From Chromera velia (Eukaryota), in the NCBI GenBank assembly GCA_018398765.1, contig JAHBMJ010000430.1, forward strand, positions 1-46,988: a stretch of 46,988 bases of DNA. The letters are read 5' to 3'. Below the pieces are notes generated by a model, which saw only the letters and a list, made by a program, of their open reading frames with translations, had not been told where the DNA came from and searched no databases. Made by a program: the position numbers and the translations under genes. Positions 1 to 13,200 of this stretch are shown one piece after another (the first letter of the stretch is position 1; each line of letters opens with the position of its first letter).

Positions 1-2
1 GC

Positions 3-155
<153 letters not shown>

Positions 156-762
156 TTACTCTAGAAATTACTTTAAATTACTAAGCTAAATTACTTTAAA
201 TTACTCATCTGAATTATTCAAACTTGCAGGGAATATCATGAAAAAAATCCTAGCGTTTGTGGGGGCGACCTCTATAAGATAAAACGGTGACAGTGCTCTA
301 GGGCACCACTAATCACTATCGTATCATGATTAACGATAATTTAGCAGAAAGATAGAATTAAACAGTCTAGCAGTCATAATAATTAAAGTCAAATAATTGA
401 GTATACGAGCAACGGCTGCAACGCATTCAATCAATTTTCAAAGTATAAGTCTACTGTATGATGTCCTTACATATTTTAGAGACTGAATATACTAGTGAAC
501 GTACGGACAGAAACATATTACAGTGAATCTGACACTATAGATATGACATTCTTAGTACGGTCCCTTGCTGTCGGCATGCATGCCAGGGACCCGGGTGTCA
601 TGCCTAGCGGCATGCACAGCTAGTCTTTCGCAAATGAATCATCAACTCTCAGCCCACCATAGCTGACTCACGAAACGTATACAGCAAGACATTGTCTGCC
701 TCAGCTCACATGTAAACACCCATGCAAAAAAACAGAGACGGGCTTCTTCCAGTCCGGGAAGA

Positions 763-2020
763 TCAAATGAACCCCAGCTGCTGTGCCTCGGGCCAGGACG
801 TGGGCCCGAATCCTGAAGGCACTGCAGACACCAAACAACATGCAAAGAAAGAAGAGCAAGCATTAACCAATGAAGTGTATTTTCTTGCAGATTTTCTTTC
901 GCTTATGTGTGTACTCTCGATTGGCTTCCCCTTCCCCCCTCTGTTCCTCCCTCGATCCGTCTCCTATCTCACTTCAAACCTTTATCACCTTCATCTTGCT
1001 CTTCTCCCGTCATTGAAAACCGGTCGTCCCTGGTAAATTCCCTCATTTGTCTATCCACCCCCTCCTTCACCCAGTCACTCACTCACTCCCCCCCCCNCCC
1101 CCCCCCCCCTCTCTCACACACTCACACACACGCACACATATACACACCTTCCTTTGTTCCTCTTTCTCTCTCTCTCTCTCCCTGTCTCCCATCCCCCCCT
1201 CTCTCAAACACATACACACACGTCTACATACGCTTACTCGGAGAGAGCTCCACCAGGTAGAGCAATGGCCACCGCTTGCCGGTCACGAGAAGCCTGTAGG
1301 CAGGCACGGACCAGTCGTTGCACACGGTAGAAAGAGGGTAGGGAGGGAAGGCGGCAGGTAAGCAGACAAGCATGCACAAAGGCAAGCAACGAGACAGTCA
1401 CCATGAACCACATTTTGGCCATGCAGATCAAGAAATGTTCTGAAACAAATTGGCACAGACCAAGATAGGTTTGCACAGCATGCTGCGAAACAAATTCACA
1501 CGAAAGTAGTGTGTTTATTCCATCCAGACAGACTAGAGAAGCTCCTTTTTTCTTCTTTTTCCTTTTCAAGACACCCACCCGTGCAACTGGTATCATCTGG
1601 TCAGACGGAAGGAGGAAGTGCAGACTTTTTTTTTTCATACAGAATTTTTTCTCCCCCTGAAAAAGAATTCTGTATGAAAATAAATGCATGAAGACATACG
1701 TACATCTGAGGAGACAGAAAGAAAAAGCACAGACAACAGCCCTTCTCCCACAAACGCAAACACGCTGTGTGTGAGGGAGTGTGTTGCGATCAGAGATCCT
1801 TGCAGACCGTCAGAGAGTTTCTCACACTGCCAGTCACATGCACATGTGCACATTCACTTATTCAGACACCGTTCCGTTCTCTCTTTCGCTCAATACTCCC
1901 ACCCACCAGCCAGCAAGCAAAACAAAGCCCGACTGACTGACTGACTGACTGACTGACCGACCGCTTCTCCCCAAGCTCTACATGCCATGCAACCCCGTTG
2001 AAAACATCATTCCTGCAAGC

Positions 2021-2053
<33 letters not shown>

Positions 2054-2941
2054 CAGACAGACAGACAGACAGACAGACAGACTATATCGTCTTTTCTTCA
2101 CTTCACTTTTTCCGACAGACAGACAGACACGCAGGAGCAAACGCATTGTCAGTAACATGTGTGTAAGAGACCGGGCAGCGCATGCAGTCATGTGGTCTCG
2201 TCATTTTTTGCCTTATCGCGTTTGCACCTGCCAGTTGTGGTACACTTGTTTTTTTCTTTTTTGGCGTACTTCATTCCGGTAGCAGGATATTTCTTTCCTT
2301 TCTTTCTTTCTTTCTTTCTTTCTACCCCAGCACACAACCACATGCTTTCGCTCTTCAGAACAGCGACTTCGATCGTCTCATCCAAAGGGAGCGAGAAACA
2401 CACACAGAGGCACAAAGAAAGAAGGAATGAAAAGAAAAAGACTCACATAGGATCTTTGTGTTCCCTGGTGCTGGAGGTCCGCACGTCATAGAGACCCTTG
2501 AAGGACACCACTCTGTAGAAGGAAGGAAGGAAGGAAGGAAGGAAGGAAGGAAATGGAAGGAAATGGAAGGAAATGGAAGGAAGAAAGGAAGGAACGAAGG
2601 AAGGAAGGAAGGAAAAGCAAAGCGTGCCATTATTCTTGTATTCAGGCGTGCTGTTTGTTAGGCGGGAGTCCGCGTGTCGTCATTTAGAGCCGAGGCAGTC
2701 AAATGGACGATGAAGCTGCGACAATGAATTTGACGTACCACGAATGAGCAGAGGCCTCGCGAGCTGGGGGTAGCGCAAGAGGAGGTCTTCCACGAAAACA
2801 ACTCACGCACAAAAAAGGAAAACTTCACTTCAATAACGACAGACCAGACTTACTTTGTGCAGTCCAAGGTGTTCTTGTCAAAAGCGATCAGAACATCCGC
2901 ACCAAACACGTGGGACCACAATTCGTCACCCACTAGCTGCA

Positions 2942-2980
<39 letters not shown>

Positions 2981-4897
2981 TCTCTCTCTCACACACACAT
3001 ACACATACACTCTCACTCTCTTTCTCTCTCTCTCTCACACACACACACATGCACGCACGGACGGATGGGCGGACGGAACGACGGCGGAAGAGAGGGAAGT
3101 GGGTGAAAAGGCTTCACACACAGGAGGCCAGATTTCTCTGTGCTAGTAATACATTCAAATTCGACCCCGAAAAAGAAAACCAGACAAAAAAGAAACCTCT
3201 AACGACCTCCATCTACGCGACCAAGACCCCACCAAGAAAACAGTCGTTTAGGTTTCCAGCACTCACAATGAACAGCACTTCGTCTATAGCTCATTCTATC
3301 CAGCCCATTGCTTGACTCTGAAGTCATGTCAACAATCTCCATCTACCTCCCTCCCTCACACCCAGAAGCAGACCTCCAATTCATTCAGGCCTCTGATCGG
3401 AATGCCAAGACACTGGACCTCCCGTGGGGCCTCCACGTTCATTCGGATCACCCACGGGCCCTCTGTCTCTGTTCCATTCCCCTCACGCCTCTCTAGGCGG
3501 TGTGTGTACACAGAATTACCACCAGTTGTTGCATAGAAAGTGCCCCCCTCGGGGGGACAAGCGGCACCCCACCCCTCCAGAGGGTAGGGCAGGTCAGACT
3601 GCAATTCCAAGTCGTCGGCAGAAAACACAAACGCGCGCCCTTCTTGCCAGCTGAGCATGATAATCACCGACTCAGTAGTCGGGGTTCCAGTGCCATTCGT
3701 TCCTGGAACCCCACTTGTTGTGTTGCCTGCCTGCTGAGGTACCTCGGCGGCTTCTTCTATCGATGTCGCGTTGCCCTCCTTCTGCACCCCTCCATTTCCC
3801 GCTGCCTCTTCCAGCTCTCCCGCTTCTGTCGTCACCGGAACTGATGAGTTTGTCTGACTGCCTGCTCCTTCTACTGGAATGTTCAGACGGCAGGAACCTT
3901 CTCCAAAGATCTCCGCAGGGAGGGGCACGGTTCGGAGGATCTCGCCCGTTTGAAGAGACTGAACGGAGAGGGAATGCAGGCACAATTACAGCGGTAATGA
4001 GGAAAAGACATAGAAATCAGAAAAGCATAGTGAGGACGCAATTTGTCCACACGCAGAAGGATCGGGCTTCATCTCGCCACACATCCTCTCCTTCCTTTTC
4101 TGCACCGCTTAATTCTTTCATCAGACCCGCAATGATCCACCCAGCATGGGGTGTCCCGAATTCCCATCTTCCCCCCCCNNNNNNNNNNNNNNNNNCCCCC
4201 CCCCCCCCCCATATGCCCACTATGGATCCCCTCCTGAGATGTCCTCCTGCTGGGCGTACAGAATGCAGAAAAAATCATGCACCACTTAGGCACTTCGGAT
4301 CGAATGTCAAGCAACTGACCACTCTCCGCAGTACGCTGTGTCCAAACCCCCCGGTACTCTCTATGTAGGTGCCCTCGAAGGTGCCCGTTTCCTCTTCCTC
4401 GTCTGACTCGTCCTCGGAGTCGTCGGAGGAGAGAGACTCCTTGTCAGAGACGCTCTGAAGGGGACAGCTCGCGTCTGTGGAGTTACACCTGTTGCCTGCC
4501 GAGAAGGTCAAATCTTCCAGGAACAGCCCTTGAGTGAAAGGATTCACATATCCTTGTGCAGCATCACTACCGGGATCCACGGGGCCGTCGCTTTTGATGT
4601 CGGGGTGCGGGAAGGTTCGGATAACCTGCAAGACATGCGGAGAGACAGACACAGTGACCGTTTGTGAACAAGCATGAAACCATGGGAATTCTACATCCGA
4701 AAGAAAAATCGGTCAGACTTTCGAGAGAGAAACGTCGGAAGCATCATTCGACCGTCACAGACCTCATACGAAAAGAATCGGGGTGGGGGGCCAGGTGGTC
4801 TCTGCTGTCGGGGTCTGCGCTGTTGCTGCTCCCGTTGCTGAGGTGAACCCGTAACTAGGCAGAGGCACACAAAAAACAAATACGGGCACACGTTCAT
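763..4897 (-). CDS. QCT: Secreted type I (plant/bacterial-type) glutaminyl cyclase / glutamine cyclotransferase, 8 exons, ~446 aa
   Basis: Exons 4897-4763, 4625-4320, 3958-3374, 2936-2854, 2512-2447, 2012-1962, 1293-1238 and 821-763 are all GT..AG and phase-consistent. The N-terminus is signal-like (MNVCPYLFFVCLCLVTGS). Family motifs appear in order: FPH, FTQGL, ESTG, FGEG, LSW, EGWG, LNELE, NDVFNGVAW, VTGKRWP. The last exon is the least certain. Confidence 0.9.
1626..1690. mobile_element. Short palindromic (MITE-like) insert, family 1, copy A
   Basis: TTTTCATACAGAATT...AATTCTGTATGAAAA inverted arms surround a CTCCCCCTGAAAAAG spacer. It matches the reverse complement of 39872-39930 and is related to 41681-41729. 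It is flanked by a degenerate direct repeat (1568-1625 / 1691-1734). Confidence 0.65.
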
Positions 4898-5194
4898 CTC
4901 TCTGGCAGCCGGTGGCTCTGAAGGACTCCAAAATCTGTCGGTCTACCTTCCTCTTTCGGTCGACCTGTTTCCTTGAGGGAAGAAGCTCACGATCGAGACG
5001 GCTCAAGAGACGGATGGACGGAACAGGCGCAGATACAAGTGGAGAACGATTCGGCGTGATCCTCCTGCTGTGTGGAGCTGCTTAGAACACGAACAGCTGC
5101 CAGATTGAAAACTGCAAAGTGGAATGTACACTGTGCATTGTGAGGTAGAAGGTGGTAGAAGAGGGAAGATGAGGGGAGTGACTGAGGATGCCTT

Positions 5195-5260
5195 GAAAAA
5201 GTCGTGGCCCGGCCGGATTCAAGCCCCCCCGCGGTGACATGCATGCAACGTTTCGAAAGA
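5195..5260. promoter_or_regulatory. Putative bidirectional promoter core (GC island + TGCATGCA) between QCT and RER1
   Basis: A GC-rich patch and TGCATGCA at 5240-5247 lie between divergent start codons at 4897 and 5677. Confidence 0.45.
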
Positions 5261-5676
5261 GCTATATATAGGGGAAAATCAGCTTGCCGGGCCCTTTTTC
5301 CACCAACTTAGTTTTTCTTGAGGGGCACTTTCACAAATTCACTGCACGACGGAGCCGCACAGTCTGACTACGTCTGACTCGCACGATTTATGGAGACGAT
5401 CGATCAAAGACTGGACAAAGATCGAGTCTGGTTGAAACACTTCGCTCCTTTCAGGACGACGGAATCGCTCAAATTTCTACACCTGTTGTTCTTTTCCATT
5501 ACAAGCTAAGATCTTACTCAACAGCACCAAGCATTTATCACGAGATGCTCTGAACGGGGTGCATTCCCACCAAAAATCTTCGGAAAGGTTTGATCTAGAA
5601 CCCGTCCCCTCTGCACATACATTCGTGCCTGGAATCTCTCTTCGGGTGAACGCAGTCGGCGCTTTGAAGCGTCAAG

Positions 5677-6373
5677 ATGATGGCATCAGAAGGTCCGTTG
5701 GCTGGACAGAAATGCTGTGACTGTGCAGGCACTTTTTCCTCGTGTTGTCGAAACCACTCAATGCCCCTCTCTCTTTGTGTGCAGAAATTGTGCAAGCCTC
5801 CTTTCCTGTGAGGCTTGCTAACAGTGTGGAACGGGTGTTTTCTGTATATGTTGGGAAAACGACCATCTACGTGAGGACACGATGGAGTTCCCTGGCGGTT
5901 CTTTTGGCCCTCTACGTACTACGAGTGTACTATTTGAATGGTCTGTCGATCCATCTGTGTTCTAGAGGCGGGAAGGAATTGATGTGGTCCTCCTGAGAGC
6001 GAGAGATTCCCAGTCGATCTACAAGCCCAGCCCCGTTTGTAAGATCAGCAGAGAGCTGAAAGTGTCGACGCGAAGTGGGTGCACTTACTTGAGAAGGAGC
6101 ACGAGCCTTCACATTGGCTGGGTGTGAAGGTCTAATTCTCTGATATGTACGTCTATGAGGTTCTGTCGTGCATATCCGAACCGCGGTATGTCTTTGCTCC
6201 CTGCAGCGTTCTACATTGTAACTTATGGCTTGGCGATTTACCTTTTGAACTTGTTTCTGGGATTCATCTCACCACAAGTAGACCCCGACATGGATGGCCC
6301 TGTGCTCCCAACGAGAGACGCTGAGGAGTACCGGCCTTTCCAAAGAAGGCTACCGGAGTTCAAATTTTGGTCC

Positions 6374-6431
<58 letters not shown>

Positions 6432-7855
6432 AAGGGATGGGCTGGAAGGTTGGTGGGTTGGGTGGGTGGAGGTGTCGAACAGAAAGCATGCTCCGAAGAG
6501 AGAGCTGGAAAGAACGGACACACTTTACTCCGTTTTCTGACTGCTCAGTTTTCCCCCTCCCTTTTCTTGCTTAAAGCCCTTTTGCATCTTGGTTCCGATG
6601 GTAGGCTGAACTCTTTGGGTGTCTTCTTTTTTGCAGGGGGCACGCGATGAAGGCAGTTTTGATTTCAATAACAATGACGGTCAGCGAGAATCAAACTGAC
6701 TCTTCTCTTATTGTCTGTGTGCTCTTTGGGTGCTTGTTCGTCTTCTGGTTCTTTTCTCACCCCCTTCCTCCACCGCCTGTCTGCAATAGTCGCCGTGTCT
6801 GGCCTCTGCACTCCCACCATCCCACAGCCGATTCGAGTCTCTTGCCAGGCATCGCATTGAGGTGCCGTATGGCCTCTAATGGATGTTCGCTTTTTCGGAT
6901 GGTTTCGTTTTCAAGTCCTCGTCTACTTTCGTGTCTCTATCTTCTGTCGGTGTCGACAATGCTGACATGCTTTCTATGCATGGACCCGAGGCATGCTTTC
7001 CTTTCCCTCTTGGAGAGAAGAAGTCTTGGAACCTTTGATTGAGAGAACCGACTAGCCTCGTGGTATGTTTTGATGAGCTGTTCTCATTCTTTCACGTCTC
7101 TCTTGCGTGTCTCATCAATCCGCTGATTGAGCTTTCTTTCTCTTTCTGCGTTGCGTGCAGTTCTTTCCGGTGTTTGATCTGCCGGTCTTCTGGCCGATCC
7201 TTCTCTTCTATTTTCTCATGCTCTTCTTTCTCACGATGAAACAGCAAATACAGGTATGTACGGAGGAAGGTAATGTTTGGGTGTTTCTCTGAGAGGGAAC
7301 ACTGAATTTTCTTGTCATCAGGCAGCCATGTAAACGCCCTGCCTTCTATTGTCCTCGCTTCTTTACTCCGTCATATCTCTCGCCTTCTTTTTTGTCCAGG
7401 CGCTCTCTCAGGCTTGGTGTCGATCTCGTGTTTCACCCTCTCTTTCTTGTTCCACCTTTCTTCCTCTGCATCGTATCTCCCTTTTTTAAGCTGCGCGTAT
7501 GCAGTGCTTGCTACCTGCTGCATCGAGGAGAGTCGCTTGGTCTGGCCTCCTCGGTTAGAGCCCACCTAGATCTTCCACCTGAAGGATATCTCATGCGTGT
7601 CGATGCAACGATGCGTGCTCGTGTATGTGTGTGCCCATACACTGAGTGCAGCACATGATCAAGCACAAATACATCCCGATCTCCTTTGGCAAGCAGACTT
7701 ACGGAGACATCACCAGGGGGGGTAAGGGCGCAGCATCACCCACACGGTTGCCGACCGTGACGGCGGTGAAGCAGGCGATCGGGTTGGGGGGAACGCCTGG
7801 GGGGTCTGGGGGGGCGGGGGCGGGGCCTCCTCCCAAAAAAGTAGCGGTATCATGA
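5677..7855 (+). CDS. RER1: Rer1 Golgi-to-ER retrieval receptor, 6 exons, ~224 aa
   Basis: Exons 5677-5692, 5785-5940, 6207-6369, 6637-6679, 7161-7253 and 7652-7855 are phase-consistent. Motifs: [72 protein letters not shown]. Confidence 0.95.
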
Positions 7856-8675
7856 TCGAGTGAGACTGGTGGGTGTGTAAATTGAGTGCATGGTGTGATG
7901 AGTGAATGGTTAAATGAGATGAGAGGGAGACAGGGGAGTTGTTGTGGATTCGTTCGTTCGTTTGTTCGAGGGCTGTTTATGTGCGCGTGAGTGCGCATGG
8001 GTGGGCGGTGAGTGTTGCTTGTTTGTTGGCAAGATCTCCTTCAATTCTCTCTCCCATGAGGTCAGAGAGAGAAAGCAGATCGATCAGTGGGGTCCTCTGA
8101 GTACTGATCGCGTTCTCTCTCTCTGTCTTTACTTCCGCTCCCGTTTTGTGTTCAACTAAACGCTTCCATTCCCTTTCTGGGGAGGGAAGAGTGTCGCCAT
8201 CTCGCTCTCTGTCACGTGTTAACCCATCCCCCCCCAGAGCCTTTTCCAAAGCACTTGTACTCTTTATTCCTATCCGTTACCTTTTCGCCCGCCCGTCTTG
8301 GACTCACGCAAGTGCACTCGCTCGCATCTGGTGGAGATTGCATCCATAACATTGCCTTTGCATGCACGGTCAATCAGATCAGCCTTGCCAGTAAAGCTTC
8401 CCTTATACGAGCCCCGTTAACCCGGCCCGCGTACGCCCCTAAAATGAAATCAATTTAAATGATTTTAAATTTGTAATTTGAATCTTTATGCAGTGATCAT
8501 GTATATAAAGTGGATCGTATACGTAAGAGTGAATGAAGCTACATTGAAGTTTAAAGGGAATGAAGCTTGTTTTTGTCAGACTAGGTTTTCGAGTATACAA
8601 CTATATTAAAAGTTCTATACCCTAAATTTTCCCATACAAAATTAGTAGAGGAGAATCATAGTTAGAATATGATAG

Positions 8676-8707
<32 letters not shown>

Positions 8708-8725
8708 CGCGAAGGATAGGAATCT

Positions 8726-9912
8726 TAGGGCTGGGAAAAGGTTCATTGAGAAAAGGTTCAAATCTGAAAAAGTGAACCTGTTGAACCTGTTTTGAACCTG
8801 TTAAACCTGTTTTGAACCTGTTTTGGAGGCCAGACGCGCGGCCACTGGCACAAGGCCGGGCAGGCCCGTGCCGCCCGCGGCCGATATAGGTGAAATAAGG
8901 AGCCGGAGCCACACGCACAGCAACTGTCCCCAGCCGGTTCAATCTATTGTGTTGGACAGACGCATGTCAGCATATGTCAGCATGAAAACTCATACTGACG
9001 GTTGTAGAAGTGAAGAAGTACACGTGACTTACCAAGTTTTCCACTTGTAAGGCCCCGCATCAAAACGGACAGTCTCCACTGAAGGAATGAGGAAGTATAG
9101 AGTTTGTTTGACAGCAGTCTGTATGACAGTGTAATTGACAATGTCTTTTTGGAGGGGCTGCTTCAGACTCGTACCGGCAGCAGTCCCTCTGCTTGCTTCC
9201 GCTACTGCCGTCTCCGGATCTTTTTTTTTGAACTCCCAGCTACAAGAGGGCTACCCATGCATGGGTCCGACCTCTTTCACTGTACAACCCTTTTTCATTC
9301 TCTTTGTTAAAAAAAATTCTAGCGGTCCCATTCTCTCTGACACTTCAGGTCGTGTCTTGTGCATCGAAGCCGAAATCAAAGATATGGAACTGGTTTGACA
9401 AGCACCCGACTGATCAATCAAAAGGGGTCTGCAAGGCTTGCTTCGGGAGCAGCAGGTCAAAGAGGTGGCGGTACACAGAGAGGGAGGGGGGGAGCGGAGG
9501 CCGCAGGGCAACCAGTGAGCAGATGAAAGAAAGAAAGAAACGCTGTGACGGTCTTATGTTGACTAAATTATCATGATTAATACGATCATATAAATTTAAT
9601 TATGGCATTTTCCAATTTTTTCAGGCTTTTTTGATTACTAATTTTCGACTATAAACAGTGAACAACTTGAGACTAACACCTAATGTGAGCGTAAATATTG
9701 ATTTAAACTATTTAAAAACATTACTAAGGCACAGATTCTATAATAAAACGTTCTAAAAATGCACTAAAGCCTAATTTAAAGGCATAAAATAATATGAAAA
9801 AATGAGGTTTCTATTAATTAAAAGTGAACCTGTTTTTGAACCTGTTTTTGAACCTGATTCAGGTTCATTACTTCGAAGTGAACCTTGAACCTTGAACCTT
9901 TTCCTAGCACTA
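8726..9912 (+). mobile_element. Non-autonomous hAT-type DNA transposon (1.19 kb) with BED zinc-finger remnant
   Basis: Left TIR TAGGGCTGGGAAAAGGTTCA matches the right TIR (reverse complement TAGTGCTAGGAAAAGGTTCA) at 18/20. GAACCT subterminal repeats cluster at both ends. An internal fragment SKIWNWFDKHPTDQSKGVCKAC (~9364-9441) resembles the start of a BED finger. The TSD is imperfect: GATAGGAA, 3 nt from the left TIR, versus GATAGGAT. Confidence 0.8.
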
Positions 9913-10013
9913 GATAGGATTTTGTGTTCCGGGAATCCCCGCGGTCCACTGCCAGGTATTGGCTTACACTAGTTGAAATCCTAGTAAACGTCGACGAACG
10001 AAGCTAGGCCTAT

Positions 10014-10211
10014 CACAGAGAAAAAAGAAAAAAAAATTTAAGCCCATTCTCGCTTAATTTTTTTTTTTTTACTCGAGGATGTTAAGTGACAAACAATTGT
10101 TGCTCAAGTGTTGCATAAGTGTTATTTTGGTGTTGCACAAGTGTTGCTTAGGTGTTGCACACAAAAAATGATTTAAGCCAATTCTGGTTTACTTTTTTTT
10201 TTTTTGCTGTG
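10014..10211. mobile_element. ~200-bp MITE with CACAG termini
   Basis: CACAGAGAAAAAA ... TTTTTTGCTGTG inverted ends have AT on both flanks. There are internal GTGTTGC repeats and a duplicated ATTTAAGCC-ATTCT motif. Confidence 0.5.
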
Positions 10212-11508
10212 ATACGTGTTCAGATCTGTCCTTCCCTCAAACTGGCTAGCGTATATATAGACTTCCCGGATCCTCTTAGATAGATCTCAACTTTAGTATC
10301 TGTGTCTGTGTTATTTATTCAGCGTACAGGATAAGAGCCTATCCCAGAGCCGTACGGTACCCGTACCTACCGGTCAGACCCCTTGATCAGAGTTTTTCAA
10401 TAACAAGCTCAATCAAGCCAGCCTCTTGTGTATTGATCTGTATTGTAATGCATGTAAGCTTTGCATTCAATACGTCTCTCTGTATTGCAATATGCATGCG
10501 CAATGGAGATCTGGTTGGGGACATCTTTCCGGTTCTGTATTAATTCAACCAGTTCGCTCGGCGTGCGCGCAGAAGATGAGTCCTGCCTAACTCGGCTTCT
10601 CTGGTGCACCAAATGCACATAACGCGCTGCAACACACGCTCGCTCTGCTCGCGTGTTTCCTTCTGCTTACAACTATGATACACTCTTAAAGACTTCCTAT
10701 ATTTCTCTCTCTCTGCATATGGGACGATCCATAACAACACGCCTAGGAACGAAGGTACAAATAATTTTTTAATTAAAGAAAACTTTTATCTATGTTGCGT
10801 GCCGCTGTATTACTAGCTGTATTGCGTCCTGCATGGACCTTGCAATGGTTTCGGCATGTCTGTCCTGGGCCTCCTGGCTAGTTGCATGTCCCGTTCATGC
10901 CTGTGCGGGTGGGGGGCACGGCATCTATTTCTGTTTGCGGAGGTTACCCCCCCTCCTCGGCCCCCCGGGAGGTAAAGTGTATCCAATCATTCCTTTGTGG
11001 CCTCATGAAGCGGTTTGTTTCCTCCTGCCTGAATTGACAGTCCATGAACTCGGGTGCACCTATATATTCTTTGTACGTCTATAGCAACCGCTGACTACCT
11101 GTATACAACAATCTACAAGGGGGGGCATTGTCAGACTTGACGATCTTTTCTATAGCTTCTAGCCTGATATTTTTCCTCTTCGTTCAGAATCGTTATTATT
11201 CATTCTATCTTATTTATATTTTTTCTCGTTACATGCAGGATGTTATATTAAGACGGATAATAAATAAACTTGTAAATAAATTAATATAAATTGATTTGAC
11301 ATTGAAACTAGCATTGAAACTAACCGTGTTTACACTCCTGAAGTGACTTTTTTGCCCTATTTTGCCCTATAGATTTTACTGCATTGCAAAACATTTTTCT
11401 TTTTATGCCCGCGCTTTCATAAGACAGTATGAGATGTTTTTGAAAGGTTGTGGCCCCTTTTGAAGGTTGCTAGGAAGGTTGCCTGCATCGTTCACCCCGT
11501 GAAACAAG

Positions 11509-13161
11509 CTAAACCTTCTTCTTTATTCGCATCGCTTCTTTACACTTCTTTTCTGCCTCTGCACCCTTTCCTTGTGCCTTGAGCACTTCTGCCATCTGGT
11601 GAAGAGTGACAGCAGTGGATGGATGCCCATCCCCCCACAGCTTCTTCTGCAAACGCAGTGCTTCTTCGTACCTCTCTTTTGCGTCTTGGTACTTCCCTTG
11701 AATTTCAAATACTTCTGCCAACTGATGCAAAATTGCTGCAGTGAAAGAATGTTCCTCCCCAAAGACTTTCTGATACAAACCCAATGCCTCCTCATATCTC
11801 GTCACAGCCTTTTCATACTCCCCATGGGCCTCCAGCATCTCCGCAATTTCATGAACAGTCTCCGCAGTCTCCGGGTGATCCTTCCCAAAGACCTTCCTTT
11901 CGACCTCCAATGCCTCCTCATACTTCTTCACGGCGTCCCCGTACTTCCCTTGTGCCTCCAACACCCGAGCTATCTGGCGTAACGAAGCAGCCATCTCCTC
12001 ACTCTCTCCCCCAAAGACTGCTTTATATATCCGCAGCGCCTCCTCAAATCGCTGTCTGGCCTCTTCACACTTTCCCTGCTCAAACAGTGCCGCTCCAATG
12101 TTCGCAACAGTCGCGGCTGTCGACGGGTGCTCATACCCCAAGATCATCTTCTTCTCTTTCAACGACTCCTCGAACTTCCGCGCAGCCTCTGCATACTTCC
12201 CCTGCTGGAAAAGTAGGCCTCCGATGTTGTGAACAGTCACCGCAGCAGAGGGATCATCCCCCCCACATACTTTCCGCTGCATTCGTAGCGCCTCCTCGTA
12301 CCTCTCTATCGCCTCCTCATACTTCCCCTGAATCTCGAGAATCTCTGCAATCTCACGGACGGTTTCTGCAGCCTGAGGATCCGCCTTTCCCAAAATTTCC
12401 TTCTGTATCTGTAGAGCCTTTTCGTATCTCTCTACAGCCTCTGGCAGCTTCCCTGCTTTCTTGAAATCTGCGGCCTCTGTGCGGAAAGCTTCGCTCCGCA
12501 CAGCTCCTTCCTCCATCTTCTCGTCTCCTTCCTTTTCTCCTTCCCCCTCATCCCTTTTCCCTACCCCATTCTCCTCGTTCCTATTCCCCTGTTCCACATT
12601 CTCTGCTTCTGCTTTCTTTCCGTTTTCATCCTCCCCTTCGACCGTCTCTGTTTGCCCCGCCTCCTTTTCATCCTTCCCCTTCTCCACTGCACCTCTTTCT
12701 TCTGTTACTTTTCCGGTCTTCTTCTTACCCCCTTCTCGGCTGCTCTCTGCCAAATCTTTTTCACCTCTCTGGCGTTTTGCAGGCTTGGAATCAAATTCCC
12801 CCTTCTCACGGTTGACTGGAGGCTGCTGTCTCTTGACCGCTGCCCCTCTCCTGATTTCCCCCTTCTCTCCCCTCCCGGCCCTCTGGGATCCCTTCAGGCC
12901 CTTCTCTGCTCTCACACAGTCTTTGCGTACAACCGCTTCTTTCTTCTCGGGAACTCGTGACTGACTGCCCCGTGGCAGCCCTGTGGCTTTCTTCGCGTCT
13001 CTTTTGGGGTGAGCCTTCTGCACAGACGCATGACGGACAGCCATCCAAAAGGATACAGGGAGATCGGGTATGTGATTGCCATCCTACCTTGTCAAGTCCA
13101 TTCACTTTCTCCTCTGAGCATCCCATGACGTCAGCCAGCCAAAAAGGCACTGATACACGAA

Positions 13162-13200
<39 letters not shown>

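Noticed and set aside
4171..4210. N runs flanked by poly-C or poly-G (also at 1097, 31754 and 43263)
   Set aside because: These are sequencing or assembly gaps at homopolymers. The apparent frameshift in the TM-LRR gene at 31754 is not evidence of pseudogenisation.
8415..8445. TTAA|CCC piggyBac-like terminus
   Set aside because: I found no matching inverted end in the window.
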